A stretch of DNA of 64,000 nucleotides from Candidatus Dormiibacterota bacterium (GTDB taxonomy: Bacteria > Chloroflexota > Dormibacteria > Aeolococcales > Aeolococcaceae). Made by a program: the position numbers and the translations under genes. Of this stretch, positions 38,976 through 50,266 are shown piece by piece. Every line of letters begins with the position of its first letter. The first letter of the stretch is position 1. Under the pieces are notes generated by a model, which was not told where the DNA came from, did not search any database, and saw only the letters and a program-made list of their open reading frames with translations. The stretch spans positions 2,048,001 to 2,112,000 of the forward strand of contig OY970355.1 in NCBI GenBank assembly GCA_963718525.1. The letters run 5' to 3'.

Positions 38976-40070
38976 ATGACGGAGGCGAAGCGGTCGAAGG
39001 GGACGCTGACCATCTATGACGTGGCCCGCTTGGCGGGCGTCTCGATCGCCTCCGTCTCGCGCGTCCTCAATGGACAGGGCACGCAGCGACCAGAGACCAG
39101 GGAGCGGGTCATGCGCGCGGTCGGTGAACTGAGCTTCGTGCCCGACGGCGCCGCCCGCGCACTGTCGAACGGCCTCAAGGAGGTGGTCGGCATCGTCTTC
39201 CGGCGTGGGGGAGAGGCGACCTTCGAGGACGAGGACGAGAGCCTGCTCTTCATCGACGGCATCAACCGAGGCGTCGAGGTGGCTGCGCAACGCCGGAGCT
39301 ACGACGTGCTGGTCAGCTCGGTGGGAGTCCACGACTCGCACGCGGCCGCGCGAATCGCCGGCGTGGCCGGCAAGTCGGACGGCATCATCCTCCACGACCG
39401 GATGCTCTCGGCGGTCGGCATCGCCCGCCTGGCGGAGATGATCCCGATCGTGACGCTCGCGGGAAGCCCGACGCGGGCTTCCGTGAACGTCGGCTGTGAC
39501 AACGACGCAGGGATGCGTGCGCTGGTCAATCACCTCACCTCCGACCACGGGTACCGTCATCTCGCGTACCTGTCGGGACATGCCGACAGCCCTGACAACC
39601 GGGCGCGAGCGCGTGTCTTCGAAGCTGCGACGACTGCGGTCGGCGCTCGGATCCAGACCGGCGCCGGGTGGCAGGGGAACTACAGCGCGGCGGGTGGCGC
39701 GCAGGTGATCGCGTCGCTCCTCGACCGGGGCGGGGAGTTGCCGCGCGCGATTGTGTGCGCCAACGATCAGACCGCCCTCGGCGTCATGCACGCGCTCGCG
39801 CGGCGTGGCTTCAGCGTCCCGGGTGATGTCGCCGTCACCGGCTTCGATGACGTCCCCGTGGCGCGTCATCTCCATCCTTCACTCACCACGATCCGACAGC
39901 CCATCGAGCAGATGGGAGCGACGGCCTTCGACGTTCTCTACTCGAGGATCAACAGGAACAACGGCGAATCCAACATCATTCTGCCGGTTCGGCTGGTGCT
40001 TCGCGAGAGCTGCGGCTGCGCCCCGGCTCCGACGCCGGCGAATCTCGCGTCACTCGGCGGCGGGTCCTAG
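38976..40070 (+). CDS. LacI family transcriptional regulator
   Basis: TIYDVARLAGVSIASVSRVLNG HTH, CANDQTALG and VTGFDD. Confidence 0.93.
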   Translation: MTEAKRSKGTLTIYDVARLAGVSIASVSRVLNGQGTQRPETRERVMRAVGELSFVPDGAARALSNGLKEVVGIVFRRGGEATFEDEDESLLFIDGINRGVEVAAQRRSYDVLVSSVGVHDSHAAARIAGVAGKSDGIILHDRMLSAVGIARLAEMIPIVTLAGSPTRASVNVGCDNDAGMRALVNHLTSDHGYRHLAYLSGHADSPDNRARARVFEAATTAVGARIQTGAGWQGNYSAAGGAQVIASLLDRGGELPRAIVCANDQTALGVMHALARRGFSVPGDVAVTGFDDVPVARHLHPSLTTIRQPIEQMGATAFDVLYSRINRNNGESNIILPVRLVLRESCGCAPAPTPANLASLGGGS

Positions 40071-40072
40071 CC

Positions 40073-41065
40073 GTGCGCGCCCTGATGCGTCGTCTTGCCG
40101 TCTATCTGCTTGCAGCGTGGGTTGCGGTGACCGTCAGCTTCCTGCTGCCTCGAGTTGTGCCAGGCAATCCGGTGGCCGGTGCCATAGCGCGGGCTCAGTC
40201 GTCGGGCATCTGCAACTCCTATTGCGTCAAGGCGATCGAGGCGCAGCTGGGTTTCAACGTCCACACCAGCATCTGGGTGCAGTACGGGCAGTACCTGGGA
40301 AACCTCGTGCACGGGAACCTCGGGTTCTCGTGGTCGGAGAACGCGCCGGTGACCAGCCTGATCGCCTCGTATCTGCCGTGGACGCTGGGACTCCTCGGGG
40401 TGGCCACGATCCTGAGCTTCGTCGCCGGTACGGTCATCGGCGTGGTCATGGCCTGGCGACGGGGGTCCTTCCTGGACTGGTTGCTGCCTGCCGCGACATT
40501 CTTTCAGGCGATCCCATATTTCTTTCTCGCCCTGGTCCTGGTGCTGATCTTCGGGGAAACAGGGAGCCTGCTCAAATGGTTCCCGAGCCTGTATGGCTTC
40601 GACATCTATGGCGTCGACCCGGGCATGAATCTGCCCTACATCGCCAGCATTCTCGGGCACGCTGTGCTGCCGGCGTTGACCGTGATCCTCGCATCGATGG
40701 GCGGCTTCATCCTCTCGATGCGCAACCAGATGATCACCACCATGGATGAGGACTTCGTCCTGGTCGCGCGAGCCAAAGGCCTGCGCACCGGCAAGGTCGT
40801 CTGGTACGCAGCGCGCAACGCGCTGCTGCCGTGCGTGTCGAACTTCTCGGTGGCGATCAGCCTTGTCGTTGCGGGCCAGATTTTAGTCGAGATTGTCTTC
40901 AACTACCCGGGTATCGGCTACCACCTTTACGGCGCGCTCGGGGCACTCGACTACACACTGGTGCAGGGGATCTTCGTGGTGATCACGCTGGTCGTGCTCG
41001 CAGCGAACCTCCTCGCGGATGTCGTCTACGTGCTGATCGATCCGCGGGCTCGACAGGACGCGTGA
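40073..41065 (+). CDS. Opp/Dpp-family ABC transporter permease
   Basis: LPRVVPGNP, LPWTL and the EAA-loop DFVLVARAKGL. Confidence 0.9.
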   Translation: MRALMRRLAVYLLAAWVAVTVSFLLPRVVPGNPVAGAIARAQSSGICNSYCVKAIEAQLGFNVHTSIWVQYGQYLGNLVHGNLGFSWSENAPVTSLIASYLPWTLGLLGVATILSFVAGTVIGVVMAWRRGSFLDWLLPAATFFQAIPYFFLALVLVLIFGETGSLLKWFPSLYGFDIYGVDPGMNLPYIASILGHAVLPALTVILASMGGFILSMRNQMITTMDEDFVLVARAKGLRTGKVVWYAARNALLPCVSNFSVAISLVVAGQILVEIVFNYPGIGYHLYGALGALDYTLVQGIFVVITLVVLAANLLADVVYVLIDPRARQDA

Positions 41066-41069
41066 GCGT

Positions 41070-42179
41070 ATGACCATCAACACGACCATCCTCACCGAGC
41101 CGGCCTCGACCGAGTTTGCGGCTGCGCCGACGGCGCGGATGCTGCGCCTGCCGCGCTCTCCAAAGGTGATTGCGGGACTGGTGATCCTGGGAGTGTTCGC
41201 GGTGATCGCCATCATCGGCGCGTGGCTCGCTCCGTACTCGCCGAATCTCACGAACGAAAGCTGGGTACAGCACGTGCTGGTCGCGGGCACCGGTCCGGGC
41301 ACGCACATCAAGGCTGACTACTACCCACTCCCGCTGCCGCCCTCAGGCGCCCACTGGCTGGGCACCACCGTCTTCGCACAGGACGTCTGGTCACAGCTCC
41401 TGGTTTCAACACAGGCCACGGTCGCGGTCGGATTGCTCGCTGCGGCGATCTCGACGGTGCTCTCGATCATCGTCGGTGTCACCGCCGGGTACCTCGGCGG
41501 CGGCGCCGACGAGGGCCTGTCGCTGATTGGCAACGTCTTTCTTGCCATCCCCGGCCTTCCCCTGCTCATCGTGCTCGCGGACTACGTACCTGCCGCAGGG
41601 ACGAGCATCTTCCTGGTCAGCCTCATCATCGCGATCACCGCCTGGGCGTACAGCTCTCGGGTGCTGCGGGCGCAGACCCTCTCGTTGCGCAATCGGGATT
41701 TCGTTGAGGCGGCACGCGTTTCGGGCGAGGGGAGAGTCCGCATCATCCTCGTGGAGATCCTGCCCAACCTCATCCCGATCGTCGCCGCATCGTTTCTTTT
41801 CACGACGCTCTACGCGATCGGCGCTTACGTCGCGATCTCGTTCCTTGGACTCGCCGGGTCACCAACGTCGTCGCCACCAGGTCTCTGGAACTGGGGATAC
41901 ATGCTCCGAGAAACCTTCGCGAACGACGCTGTGCGCGGCGGCTGGTGGTGGTGGTGGGCCCCTCCCGGCGTTTGTATCGCCCTGCTCGGCACCGGCCTGG
42001 CGCTCCTCAACTTCGGTATCGACGAATTCATCAATCCCCGGCTTCGCGTCGCCTGGCTATCACGGAAAGCTGCCGGCAAGCTCGGCATCAGTCGCCGCCC
42101 GAAGCTCGGTCTCACCCATGTGGTACGCCGGAACGTGATCAACGTCGACGTCACGGACGCCGAGCCGGTGACGCCATGA
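41070..42179 (+). CDS. Opp/Dpp-family ABC transporter permease
   Basis: HWLGTT..QDV, DFVEAARVSGE and WWWWAPPG. Confidence 0.9.
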   Translation: MTINTTILTEPASTEFAAAPTARMLRLPRSPKVIAGLVILGVFAVIAIIGAWLAPYSPNLTNESWVQHVLVAGTGPGTHIKADYYPLPLPPSGAHWLGTTVFAQDVWSQLLVSTQATVAVGLLAAAISTVLSIIVGVTAGYLGGGADEGLSLIGNVFLAIPGLPLLIVLADYVPAAGTSIFLVSLIIAITAWAYSSRVLRAQTLSLRNRDFVEAARVSGEGRVRIILVEILPNLIPIVAASFLFTTLYAIGAYVAISFLGLAGSPTSSPPGLWNWGYMLRETFANDAVRGGWWWWWAPPGVCIALLGTGLALLNFGIDEFINPRLRVAWLSRKAAGKLGISRRPKLGLTHVVRRNVINVDVTDAEPVTP

Positions 42180-43345
42180 GCGTTCCAGGCTCGAGCGCCG
42201 TGACCAGTCCGGGAACTGCTGCCGCAACCGGACACGCACTTGATCGGGACGGGGATCCGGTGCTCGAGATCAGAGGGCTCTCCGTCGACTACGGATTCGG
42301 CGACGACGCGGTGCACGCGGTGGCCGATTGCGATCTGACGCTCGGCCGTGGCCGGGTCGTCGGTCTTGCCGGGGAGAGCGGTAGCGGCAAGTCGACGCTG
42401 GCGATGGCGGCGATCCGTCTGCTCCGCTCGCCCGGGGTCATCACAAGCGGCGAAGTCCTCTTCCATTCCCAGCGCGCGTCGGCGGGCGAGCCGGCGCCGA
42501 CCCTGGATCTCCTGACCGCAGGCGAGAAGGAGCTCCGAGCGGTCCGATGGTCCGAGATCGCAATCGTTCTGCAGAGTGCTCTGAACGCGCTCAATCCGGT
42601 GAGCACGATCGGCGTGCAGTTTGATGAATTGCTCGCCGCACACCGTCCTGAGCTCGGCCGGGCCTCCAGACGAGATCGGGCCGGGGATCTGCTCGAGCTG
42701 GTCGGCATGACCGCGGACCAACTCCGCAGCTATCCCCACGAGATGTCAGGCGGGATGCGCCAGCGGGCGATGATCGCCATGGCGCTCGCGCTGGATCCCC
42801 AGGTCATGATCCTCGACGAGCCAACGACCGCTCTTGACGTGGTGACCCAGCGCGAGATCCTCGAGGAGTTGATGGGGTTGCGCGACCGGCTGGGGTTCGC
42901 CGCTCTCTTCATCACGCACGACCTCTCGCTGCTGGTCGAGTTTGCGGACGACATCGCGGTGATGTACGCCGGTCGGCTGATGGAACGGGCGCCAGCGGCG
43001 TCGCTGTTTCGCGCGCCGCGTCTGCCGTATACGTACGGCCTGCTGCACTGCTTCCCGCCGATGCACGGCGAGCGCCATCGAATGGAGGGTATTCCTGGAA
43101 CTCCACCGGACCTGAGGGATCTCCCGCGAGGGTGTGCGTTCCATCCACGCTGCCAGTGGGCGATGCCCCAATGCCGCCAGGATGTGCCAAAACTCGAGCC
43201 GCTGGCGGGATCGCCTCGGGAGGTTGCGTGCTGGCTCCACCGGGGCAAGGCGACGGCGCCACCCGAGTTGATGCTTCAGGATCCCGCCGTCTCTCGCTCC
43301 TGCACCACAACGGTCATCGATACGAGCGGGGAGCGTGCCGTATGA
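42176..43345 (+). CDS. Opp/Dpp-family ABC ATP-binding protein
   Basis: GESGSGKS, YPHEMSGGMRQR, DEPTTALD and the C-terminal GCAFHPRC domain. Confidence 0.92.
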   Translation: MSVPGSSAVTSPGTAAATGHALDRDGDPVLEIRGLSVDYGFGDDAVHAVADCDLTLGRGRVVGLAGESGSGKSTLAMAAIRLLRSPGVITSGEVLFHSQRASAGEPAPTLDLLTAGEKELRAVRWSEIAIVLQSALNALNPVSTIGVQFDELLAAHRPELGRASRRDRAGDLLELVGMTADQLRSYPHEMSGGMRQRAMIAMALALDPQVMILDEPTTALDVVTQREILEELMGLRDRLGFAALFITHDLSLLVEFADDIAVMYAGRLMERAPAASLFRAPRLPYTYGLLHCFPPMHGERHRMEGIPGTPPDLRDLPRGCAFHPRCQWAMPQCRQDVPKLEPLAGSPREVACWLHRGKATAPPELMLQDPAVSRSCTTTVIDTSGERAV

Positions 43346-44428
43346 GCACACCTGCAGTCGTTCCCGACGTCGGAGCGGAGGCGCCCGTGCTCGAGGGCCG
43401 CGGGCTGACAAAGTCGTTCTGGGTCAAGCGGAATACCGGGCTCCTCGCGCGACGCTCCCGACTGCATGCCGTGGATGACGTCTCGGTGCAGCTCATGGCA
43501 GGGGCGGTCACCGCCGTAGTCGGCGAGAGCGGATCCGGGAAGACGACCGTTGCACGGTTGCTCGCCAGGATCGTGAAACCGGACACGGGGGACGTCCTGC
43601 TCGACGGTCACCCTGTCGCCGCCGCACGCACTCGGAAGTTCGCGTCTCAGGTGCAGATGGTGTTCCAGGACCCATTCGCGTCGCTCAATCCGGTACATCG
43701 CGTTCGGCATCACCTGGCCCGTCCGCTGCAGATCCACCACACCGCCGACGGTGAGGTCGAAGCGGCGATATTCCAGTTGCTGCACCGGGTGGCGCTCGAC
43801 CCACCCGCGAAGTATGCCGACAAGTTTCCGCACGAGCTCTCCGGCGGTCAGCGGCAGCGTGTCGCGATCGCCCGAGCGCTGGCGGCGCGTCCCCGAGTTC
43901 CTGCTGGCCGACGAGCCGGTGTCGATGCTCGATGTGTCGATCCGTCTCGGCGTGCTGAACCTGCTCGCCGATCTTCGCGAGCGTGAGCGTCTCGCGATCC
44001 TCTACGTCACGCACGACATTGCCTCTGCGCGTTACCTGGCCGACACCATCGTGGTCATGTACGCGGGTCAACTCGTGGAGGCCGCAACTAGCGTCAGGCT
44101 CACCAACTCGCCGGCGCATCCGTACACGCAACTCTTGCTGTCCGCAGCTCCCGATCCCGAGCGGCTCGAGCGACCGGCGCTCGCCGCTCGAGGAGCACCG
44201 CCGAGCCTGCTCGCACCGCCGCCCGGATGCCGTTTTCACCCCCGCTGTCCGCACGTCATGGAGATCTGCAAACGCATGGCACCACCAACTGTCACCGTCG
44301 CGCCCGGCCACGCAGCAGCCTGCTGGCTGCATGTTGATTCCGCAAACGGCGTCGACGACGGCGTCAGCTTGACGCCGGCAACGTCGCCCAGCCCTCAGCG
44401 CGAAGCTGAGGTTCAACGCCCTCCCTAA
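43342..44428 (+). CDS. Opp/Dpp-family ABC ATP-binding protein (apparent +1 frameshift near 43897)
   Basis: GESGSGKT and [12 protein letters not shown]; [15 protein letters not shown] and HPYT follow in the shifted frame. Confidence 0.88.
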
Positions 44429-44518
44429 CTCGCTCATCCAGTTCAGCGAAGGCGCATCCGCACTGCCAATCAGCGCGGTGCTTCACGGAAATCACGAAAA
44501 GAATGGAGGAATCACAAC

Positions 44519-46313
44519 ATGAGCCGGAGAGCATTCGTCGGAGTTCTCGGCGTCACGGCGCTCGTCGTCGCGGCGTGCTCGAGTTCCGGGCCAGCGTCGT
44601 CGCACACGAGTTCAGGGCAAGCCGCTCATCTATGAACCGACGACCGGGGTCACGTTCTCGGACGACTTCAACCCGTACGATCCCAACTCGGTCGCGTCCA
44701 GCGTCGGGATGAAGAGCATCCTGTATGAGCCGCTCGTGGAATTCGATCAGCTCGATCCGACCTCCGCCGGAACGCACTACTGGTTGGCGACGGCGTACGC
44801 CTTCCAGAACGGCGGCAAGGACCTGCAGATCACCATACGCACGGGCGTGAAGTTCAGTGACGGCTCGAGCTTCGGTCCGAACGACGTCGCCGCCACCTTC
44901 ACCGCGATGAACAACCCGAAGGCTGACATCCCCGGAGTTGCGCCGCAGGCGTCCGCGCCCACGATCTCCGGAAACAACGTGACCCTGCACTTCAGCACGC
45001 CCCAGTACACCGGTCTCTGGGCAATCCTGGGAACGACCTACATCATGCAGGCATCGGTGGCGAACCAGATCGCGCAAAACCCGACGATGCAGATCACGCA
45101 TCCCGTCGGGACCGGACCCTTCGAGCTGGAAAGCTATACGACCTCGCTCATCAAGTTCAAGCCCAATCCTCACTACTGGGGCGGCACGCCGCCGGAATCG
45201 GAGGTCGAGGTCCCTTCCATCGCGACCAACGCGGCAGCGAGCGATGCGCTCGTGAGCGCGCAGCTCGACTGGGCGGGCAATGACATCCCGAATATCTATG
45301 CAAGCTTCGTGAACCTCGATCCGCAGACCAACCACGCCTGGTTCGCTTCCGGGAGCACCGTCGCGCTGCGGTTCAACCTCAACCCGGGCAACGGCGGAGC
45401 CACCGGGATCAACGAGGCCGCTGTGCGCAAGGCGGTGAGCTACGGCATCGATCGCAACGCCCTCGCATTGCTCGGCGAGTTGGGTTACGAGGAGCCGGCG
45501 ACGTCGTCAGGCGGACTGATCCTGCCCGCCCAGAAGGCGTTCCTCCCCGCGGACGGCAGTCTCGCCAATGATCTGTCGACAACGGGAAATGTTCCTGATG
45601 CTGCCACGGCCAAGACAGACAAACTGCCGTCGGGCGATGACGTGTACGACATCCTTACTTCCGGAGGGTGGAGGGCGCCCGCGAGTTCCAGCTACAACAG
45701 CGGCAGCGGCACCTACAAGTCCGGCGGCAACTGCGACGGCAGCAACCCGGCAAACTGCTGGACCAAGGGCGGCGAGATCATCAAGTTCTCCGTATACGAC
45801 CCGGTTCCATTCTCCGATTACTGGGAGGATGCGTCTCTCATCTCGCAGGAGCTCCAGGCCCTCGGGATGGACGTGACCACCAAGCCGGCGCAGGGGTACT
45901 CGGACTGGAACGCCAATATCACCGGCACCCCGACCGCGTGGCAGACCGCGATCCACTGGGGCCAAGGTGGGCAGATCCCATACACCCAGTACGAGGACTG
46001 GCTCGACGGCTCGAGCTCCACCACCGCGGCGCATGACGAGGGATATTCGAACGCGGCCGCGGAGTCGGCCCTGCAGACGTATGCGGGCACCGATCCCTCC
46101 GACACCGCGACGCTCTACCCAGCCGTCCAGCAGCTCGAGAAGATCATGTCGACAGACGTTCCTGAGGCCCCGCTACTGTACGGAGCGGATTGGAACGTCT
46201 ACAGCAGTGCCAAGTACGTCGGATGGCCCGATCAGTCGCAGCCATATATGGATCCGTCGCCGAGCGACCCGCAAATGCCCTACATCCTGATGCAGCTCAA
46301 GCCCGCTTCCTGA
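44519..46313 (+). CDS. Family 5 substrate-binding lipoprotein (apparent +1 frameshift near 44616)
   Basis: GGAGG RBS, MSRRAFVGVLGVTALVVAAC lipobox; continues as DDFNPY, LYEPL, VKFSDG and PVGTGPF. Confidence 0.85.
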
Positions 46314-46418
46314 GCTCGCATACGCGAAACGAGTCGTCATCAGATTGATGGCCGGGTGTCGGCCGGCACGCGTGCCGGCCGGCATCCAGGCCCGCCTCCA
46401 ACAAAGGAAGCCCAACCA

Positions 46419-48947
46419 ATGAACGCCACCGCATCCGCCACAAGGGATGACGAGTCCAGCCTGGTGGCACAGCTCACCCTCGAGCAGAAGGTGCGTCTGC
46501 TGACCGGCGAAGACGCCTGGTCGCTCTACGCGATCAGCATCGTGGGACTGCGCTCGATGGTTGTCTCCGACGGCCCCTCGGGCGTTCGTGGACGGCGTTT
46601 TGAGCCGGGCAATCCCTCGTCCTCGCTGCCGTGCCCGGTGGCACTCGGCGCCACGTGGGATGAAGGCCTCGTCGCCGAGGTGGCGCTGGCGCTCGGGGAG
46701 GAAGCGCGCGCACGTGGCGTCGACGTGCTGCTCGCTCCGACCGTCAACATCGTCCGGACGCCGCTCAGCGGGCGCGGGTTCGAATGCTTCTCCGAGGATC
46801 CCCTGCTCACGTCGCGCATCGCCGTGGCATACGTGCGGGGCGTCCAGGAGGCAGGAGTGGGCGCAACCGCCAAGCACTACGTTGCCAACGATTCGGAGAC
46901 CGACCGCCGAACCTACGACGCGCAGATCACCGAGCAGGTGCTTCGAGAACTCTACCTGGCGCCTTTTGAAGCCTGCGTGTTCGAGGCCGACGTGGCGATG
47001 GTGATGGCCGCGTACAACTCGGTCAACGGGCACACCATGACAGCCAATCAGGCGCTGCTTCGTGATCTGCTCAAGGGCGAGTGGGGATTCCAGGGCGTGG
47101 TCGTATCCGACTGGTCGGCCACGAGGACCACGGGGCCGAGTGCACTGGCGGGACTGGATCTCGTCATGCCGGGACCACGCGGACCCTGGGGTGACCAGCT
47201 CGTCGCCGCCGTCCGGGACGGCGCTGTCCCCGAAGCGGTGATCGACGACAAGGTGTCGAGGCTGCTTCGGCTCGCTCGCCGTGTTGGCGCACTCGATGGA
47301 ATGTCCGACAGCAAGTCGCCCGGCGACGCCAACGGCCGCCACCGACCCGCGCCGGCGGCGCACTTCCTCATCGAGCCCGAACTGCTTCGGGAGGTGACAG
47401 CGCAATCATTTGTCCTGCTTCGCAATGAGGGGGGGTTGCTGCCCCTGAGCAGCGCTGATGTACGTCGCGTGGCGCTCATCGGACCGAATGTGATCGATCC
47501 GCAGACGCAAGGTGGCGGAAGCGTGCGCGTCCTCCCGGTCGTCCGCCCCGACATCGTCGAGTCGCTGCGCACGTTGGGCGAGTTCGATCCCGTGGAGGTT
47601 TTGCAGGGTTGCCTGACCTGGGCGACCATTCCGCCACCTCGCGACGGCAGCCTGCGTGACCCGGTCAGCGGCGAGGTCGGCGTTCGCGTCGAGGTACGCA
47701 ACTCCACGGGGACGTTGCAGCATGAAGCACTTTCCTCGAACAGTGTCCTCACGTGGTGGGACGGACTGCCCCAGACCGTGCATCAGGCAGGTGCAGAGCT
47801 GGTCATGCGCGCGCGATATCGGGCCGCGGTTGGCGGTCCCCACGTGGTCGGCGTCGCCGGCGTCGGGCTCCTGAGTGTGGCCATCGACGGCACGGTGCTT
47901 GCGGAGGCGACGACGTTGCATCCCACCGAGGTGGTTGAGGCCTTCTCCCGTCCACCCGAACTTCGTGTCCCGATCGACCTCGCAGCCGGCGCCGAAGTGG
48001 ACATCCGAGCCGCCTACCGGCCAAACGTTCGCGGCCCGCAGGCTGGCTTTGTCACGATGCGTCTTGGTGTGACGCCGCGTCTCGATGAGGAGCGCCTGCT
48101 CGACGAGGCGGTGGCTGCCGCAGCAAGGGCGGACGTGGCTGTGGTCGTCGTCGGGTCGGCCGAGGGCACGGAGAGTGAGGGCTACGACCGCGACACCCTG
48201 CTCCTGCCGGGGCGCCAGGACGAACTGGTGCAGCGCGTTGCCGCGGCGCAACCGAACACGGTGGTGATCGTCAACTCAGGGATGCCCGTGCTCATGCCAT
48301 GGGCCGAGGACGTTGCAACCATCATGCAGGTGTGGCTCCCCGGGCAGGCTTTCGGTGAGGCGCTCGCAGATTGCGTTCTCGGGGTCGTCGAGCCCGGAGG
48401 CAGGCTCCCGATCTCGATACCTCGGGCGGCTGCCGATTCGCCGGTGCTCGAGGCGACGCCGAAGGGAGGGGAGCTCGCATACGCCGAAGGCCTCCTGGTG
48501 GGCTACCGGGGCTACGACCGGAGTGAGCGCGAGCCCCTGTTCTGCTTCGGCCACGGACTTGGTTTTACCGAGTGGACCTACGAGTCCGTGGTCACGGAAG
48601 TCGAGACCCTGAGGCAAAAGACGGATCTTCCGCTGGTGGTGTCAGTGCGCAACACCGGCACCCGAGCCGGCCGCGAGGTACTCCAGGTGTATCTCGAGCC
48701 GCCCGATACCGATCCGAGCCGGCCAATTCGCACCTTGGCGGCGTTTTCCGCAGTCGAAGCCGGAGCGGGAGAGCGGGTCGAGGCACAACTCAGCATTCCG
48801 GCGCGCGCGTTCGCCCGTTTCGACCCCGAACTGCGCGACTGGATCTGGGATCCCGGGGCATACACGGTGCATGTCGGCCGCTCGTCCCGTGATCTCAGGC
48901 TCAGTGTGCCCATCGAGTTACGAGTTGGCGTCCTGTCTGCGGAGTAG
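46419..48947 (+). CDS. GH3 beta-glucosidase with PA14-like insert and Fn3-like C-domain
   Basis: SDGPSGVRG, GRGFECFSEDP, KHYVAND, VVSDW (nucleophile Asp), ESEGYDR and FGHGL. Confidence 0.92.
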   Translation: MNATASATRDDESSLVAQLTLEQKVRLLTGEDAWSLYAISIVGLRSMVVSDGPSGVRGRRFEPGNPSSSLPCPVALGATWDEGLVAEVALALGEEARARGVDVLLAPTVNIVRTPLSGRGFECFSEDPLLTSRIAVAYVRGVQEAGVGATAKHYVANDSETDRRTYDAQITEQVLRELYLAPFEACVFEADVAMVMAAYNSVNGHTMTANQALLRDLLKGEWGFQGVVVSDWSATRTTGPSALAGLDLVMPGPRGPWGDQLVAAVRDGAVPEAVIDDKVSRLLRLARRVGALDGMSDSKSPGDANGRHRPAPAAHFLIEPELLREVTAQSFVLLRNEGGLLPLSSADVRRVALIGPNVIDPQTQGGGSVRVLPVVRPDIVESLRTLGEFDPVEVLQGCLTWATIPPPRDGSLRDPVSGEVGVRVEVRNSTGTLQHEALSSNSVLTWWDGLPQTVHQAGAELVMRARYRAAVGGPHVVGVAGVGLLSVAIDGTVLAEATTLHPTEVVEAFSRPPELRVPIDLAAGAEVDIRAAYRPNVRGPQAGFVTMRLGVTPRLDEERLLDEAVAAAARADVAVVVVGSAEGTESEGYDRDTLLLPGRQDELVQRVAAAQPNTVVIVNSGMPVLMPWAEDVATIMQVWLPGQAFGEALADCVLGVVEPGGRLPISIPRAAADSPVLEATPKGGELAYAEGLLVGYRGYDRSEREPLFCFGHGLGFTEWTYESVVTEVETLRQKTDLPLVVSVRNTGTRAGREVLQVYLEPPDTDPSRPIRTLAAFSAVEAGAGERVEAQLSIPARAFARFDPELRDWIWDPGAYTVHVGRSSRDLRLSVPIELRVGVLSAE

Positions 48948-48976
48948 CTGATGGCCGGTCTGGCACACTGGTTGCC

Positions 48977-50263
48977 ATGGCTGAGAGTTTGACGATCACC
49001 GACAACCGGACCGGGAAAACCTACGACGTGGCGATCGAGAACGGCGCGGTGCGCGCCACGGACTTCGAGCGGATCTCGATCTCGCCGGACGACCACGGGC
49101 TGCTCGTGTACGACCCCGCGTTCATGAATACGGCGTCGTGCAGGAGCGCCATCACGTACATCGACGGTGACCGGGGAATCCTGCTGCATCGGGGTTATCC
49201 GATCGAGCAACTTGCGGAGCACAGCACCTACCTGGAGACCGCGTACCTGCTCGTTCACGGGGAGCTGCCGACCGTGCAACAGGCGAGCGAATGGCAGAAG
49301 GAGATCACCCACCACACACTCGTCCACGAGAACATCAAGAAGTTCATCGACGGGTTTCATCACGACGCCCACCCGATGGGCATTCTGATATCCACCGTCG
49401 GCGGGCTCTCGACGTTCTACCCGCAGGCCACCGACATCTACGACGAGGAACAGCGGCGCATCTCGATCTACCGGCTGATCGCCAAGATGCCGACTCTGGC
49501 GGCGCTCGCGTATCGCCACTCGCTCGGATTGCCGTACAACTACCCGGACAACGACCTGTCATTTGCCGGGAATTTCCTGAACATGATGTTCAAGATGGTC
49601 GAGCTGAAATACGAGCCGGTCCCCGAGATCGAGCACGCACTCGACGTGCTGTTCATCCTCCACGCCGACCACGAACAGAACTGCTCGACCAACGCGATGC
49701 GCGCCGTGGGCTCATCGCATCCCGACCCCTACTCGACAACGGCCGCCGCCATCGCGGCGCTGTATGGTCCGCTTCACGGTGGTGCCAACGAGGCGGTCAT
49801 CCGCATGATAGAGCGCGTCGGATCGGTCGACCGCGTGCCTGAGTTCATCGCCGGCGTGAAGGCGGGCAAAGAGCGGCTGATGGGGTTCGGTCACCGGATC
49901 TACAAGAACTACGATCCGCGTGCCAAGGTGATCAAGAGGATGGCGGACCAGGTCCTCGGCGTCACCGGGTCCTCGCCGATGCTCGACGTGGCGCGAGAGT
50001 TGGAGAAGATTGCGCTCGAGGATGAGTACTTCGTCTCTCGCAAGCTGTACCCGAACGTCGACTTCTACAGCGGGTTCATCTACCAGGCGCTCGGCATTCC
50101 CGTATCGATGTTCCCGGTCCTGTTTGCGATGAGCCGGACAGCAGGGTGGTTGTCGCAATGGGAGGAGTCGCTGCTCGACAAGGAGCAGAAGATCGCCCGC
50201 CCGCGGCAGATCTATGTCGGCGAACGGCGGCGCGACTATGTGTCCCTGGAGCAGCGAGCCTAG
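48977..50263 (+). CDS. gltA: Citrate synthase (type II-like)
   Basis: YDPAFMNTASCRSAITYIDG, HADHEQNCST, GPLHGGANE, MGFGHRIYKNYDPR and YPNVDFYSG. Confidence 0.93.
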   Translation: MAESLTITDNRTGKTYDVAIENGAVRATDFERISISPDDHGLLVYDPAFMNTASCRSAITYIDGDRGILLHRGYPIEQLAEHSTYLETAYLLVHGELPTVQQASEWQKEITHHTLVHENIKKFIDGFHHDAHPMGILISTVGGLSTFYPQATDIYDEEQRRISIYRLIAKMPTLAALAYRHSLGLPYNYPDNDLSFAGNFLNMMFKMVELKYEPVPEIEHALDVLFILHADHEQNCSTNAMRAVGSSHPDPYSTTAAAIAALYGPLHGGANEAVIRMIERVGSVDRVPEFIAGVKAGKERLMGFGHRIYKNYDPRAKVIKRMADQVLGVTGSSPMLDVARELEKIALEDEYFVSRKLYPNVDFYSGFIYQALGIPVSMFPVLFAMSRTAGWLSQWEESLLDKEQKIARPRQIYVGERRRDYVSLEQRA

Positions 50264-50266
50264 GTC

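Noticed and set aside
38630-44620. Single-base frameshifts in the VOC gene (about 38639), the ABC ATPase (about 43897), the binding protein (about 44616) and also the IS481 transposase (about 26453), read as programmed frameshifting or pseudogenes
   Set aside because: Each is a +1 lengthening of a short run (GAAC, GTTC or CCCC, AGGG, CAAC) in an otherwise pristine gene with no slippery heptamer. This is typical of long-read indel error; check against reads.
46348-46392. GC-rich hairpin between the binding-protein and GH3 genes as an ncRNA
   Set aside because: More simply an mRNA-stabilising or attenuating stem after a binding-protein gene, which is common in ABC operons.
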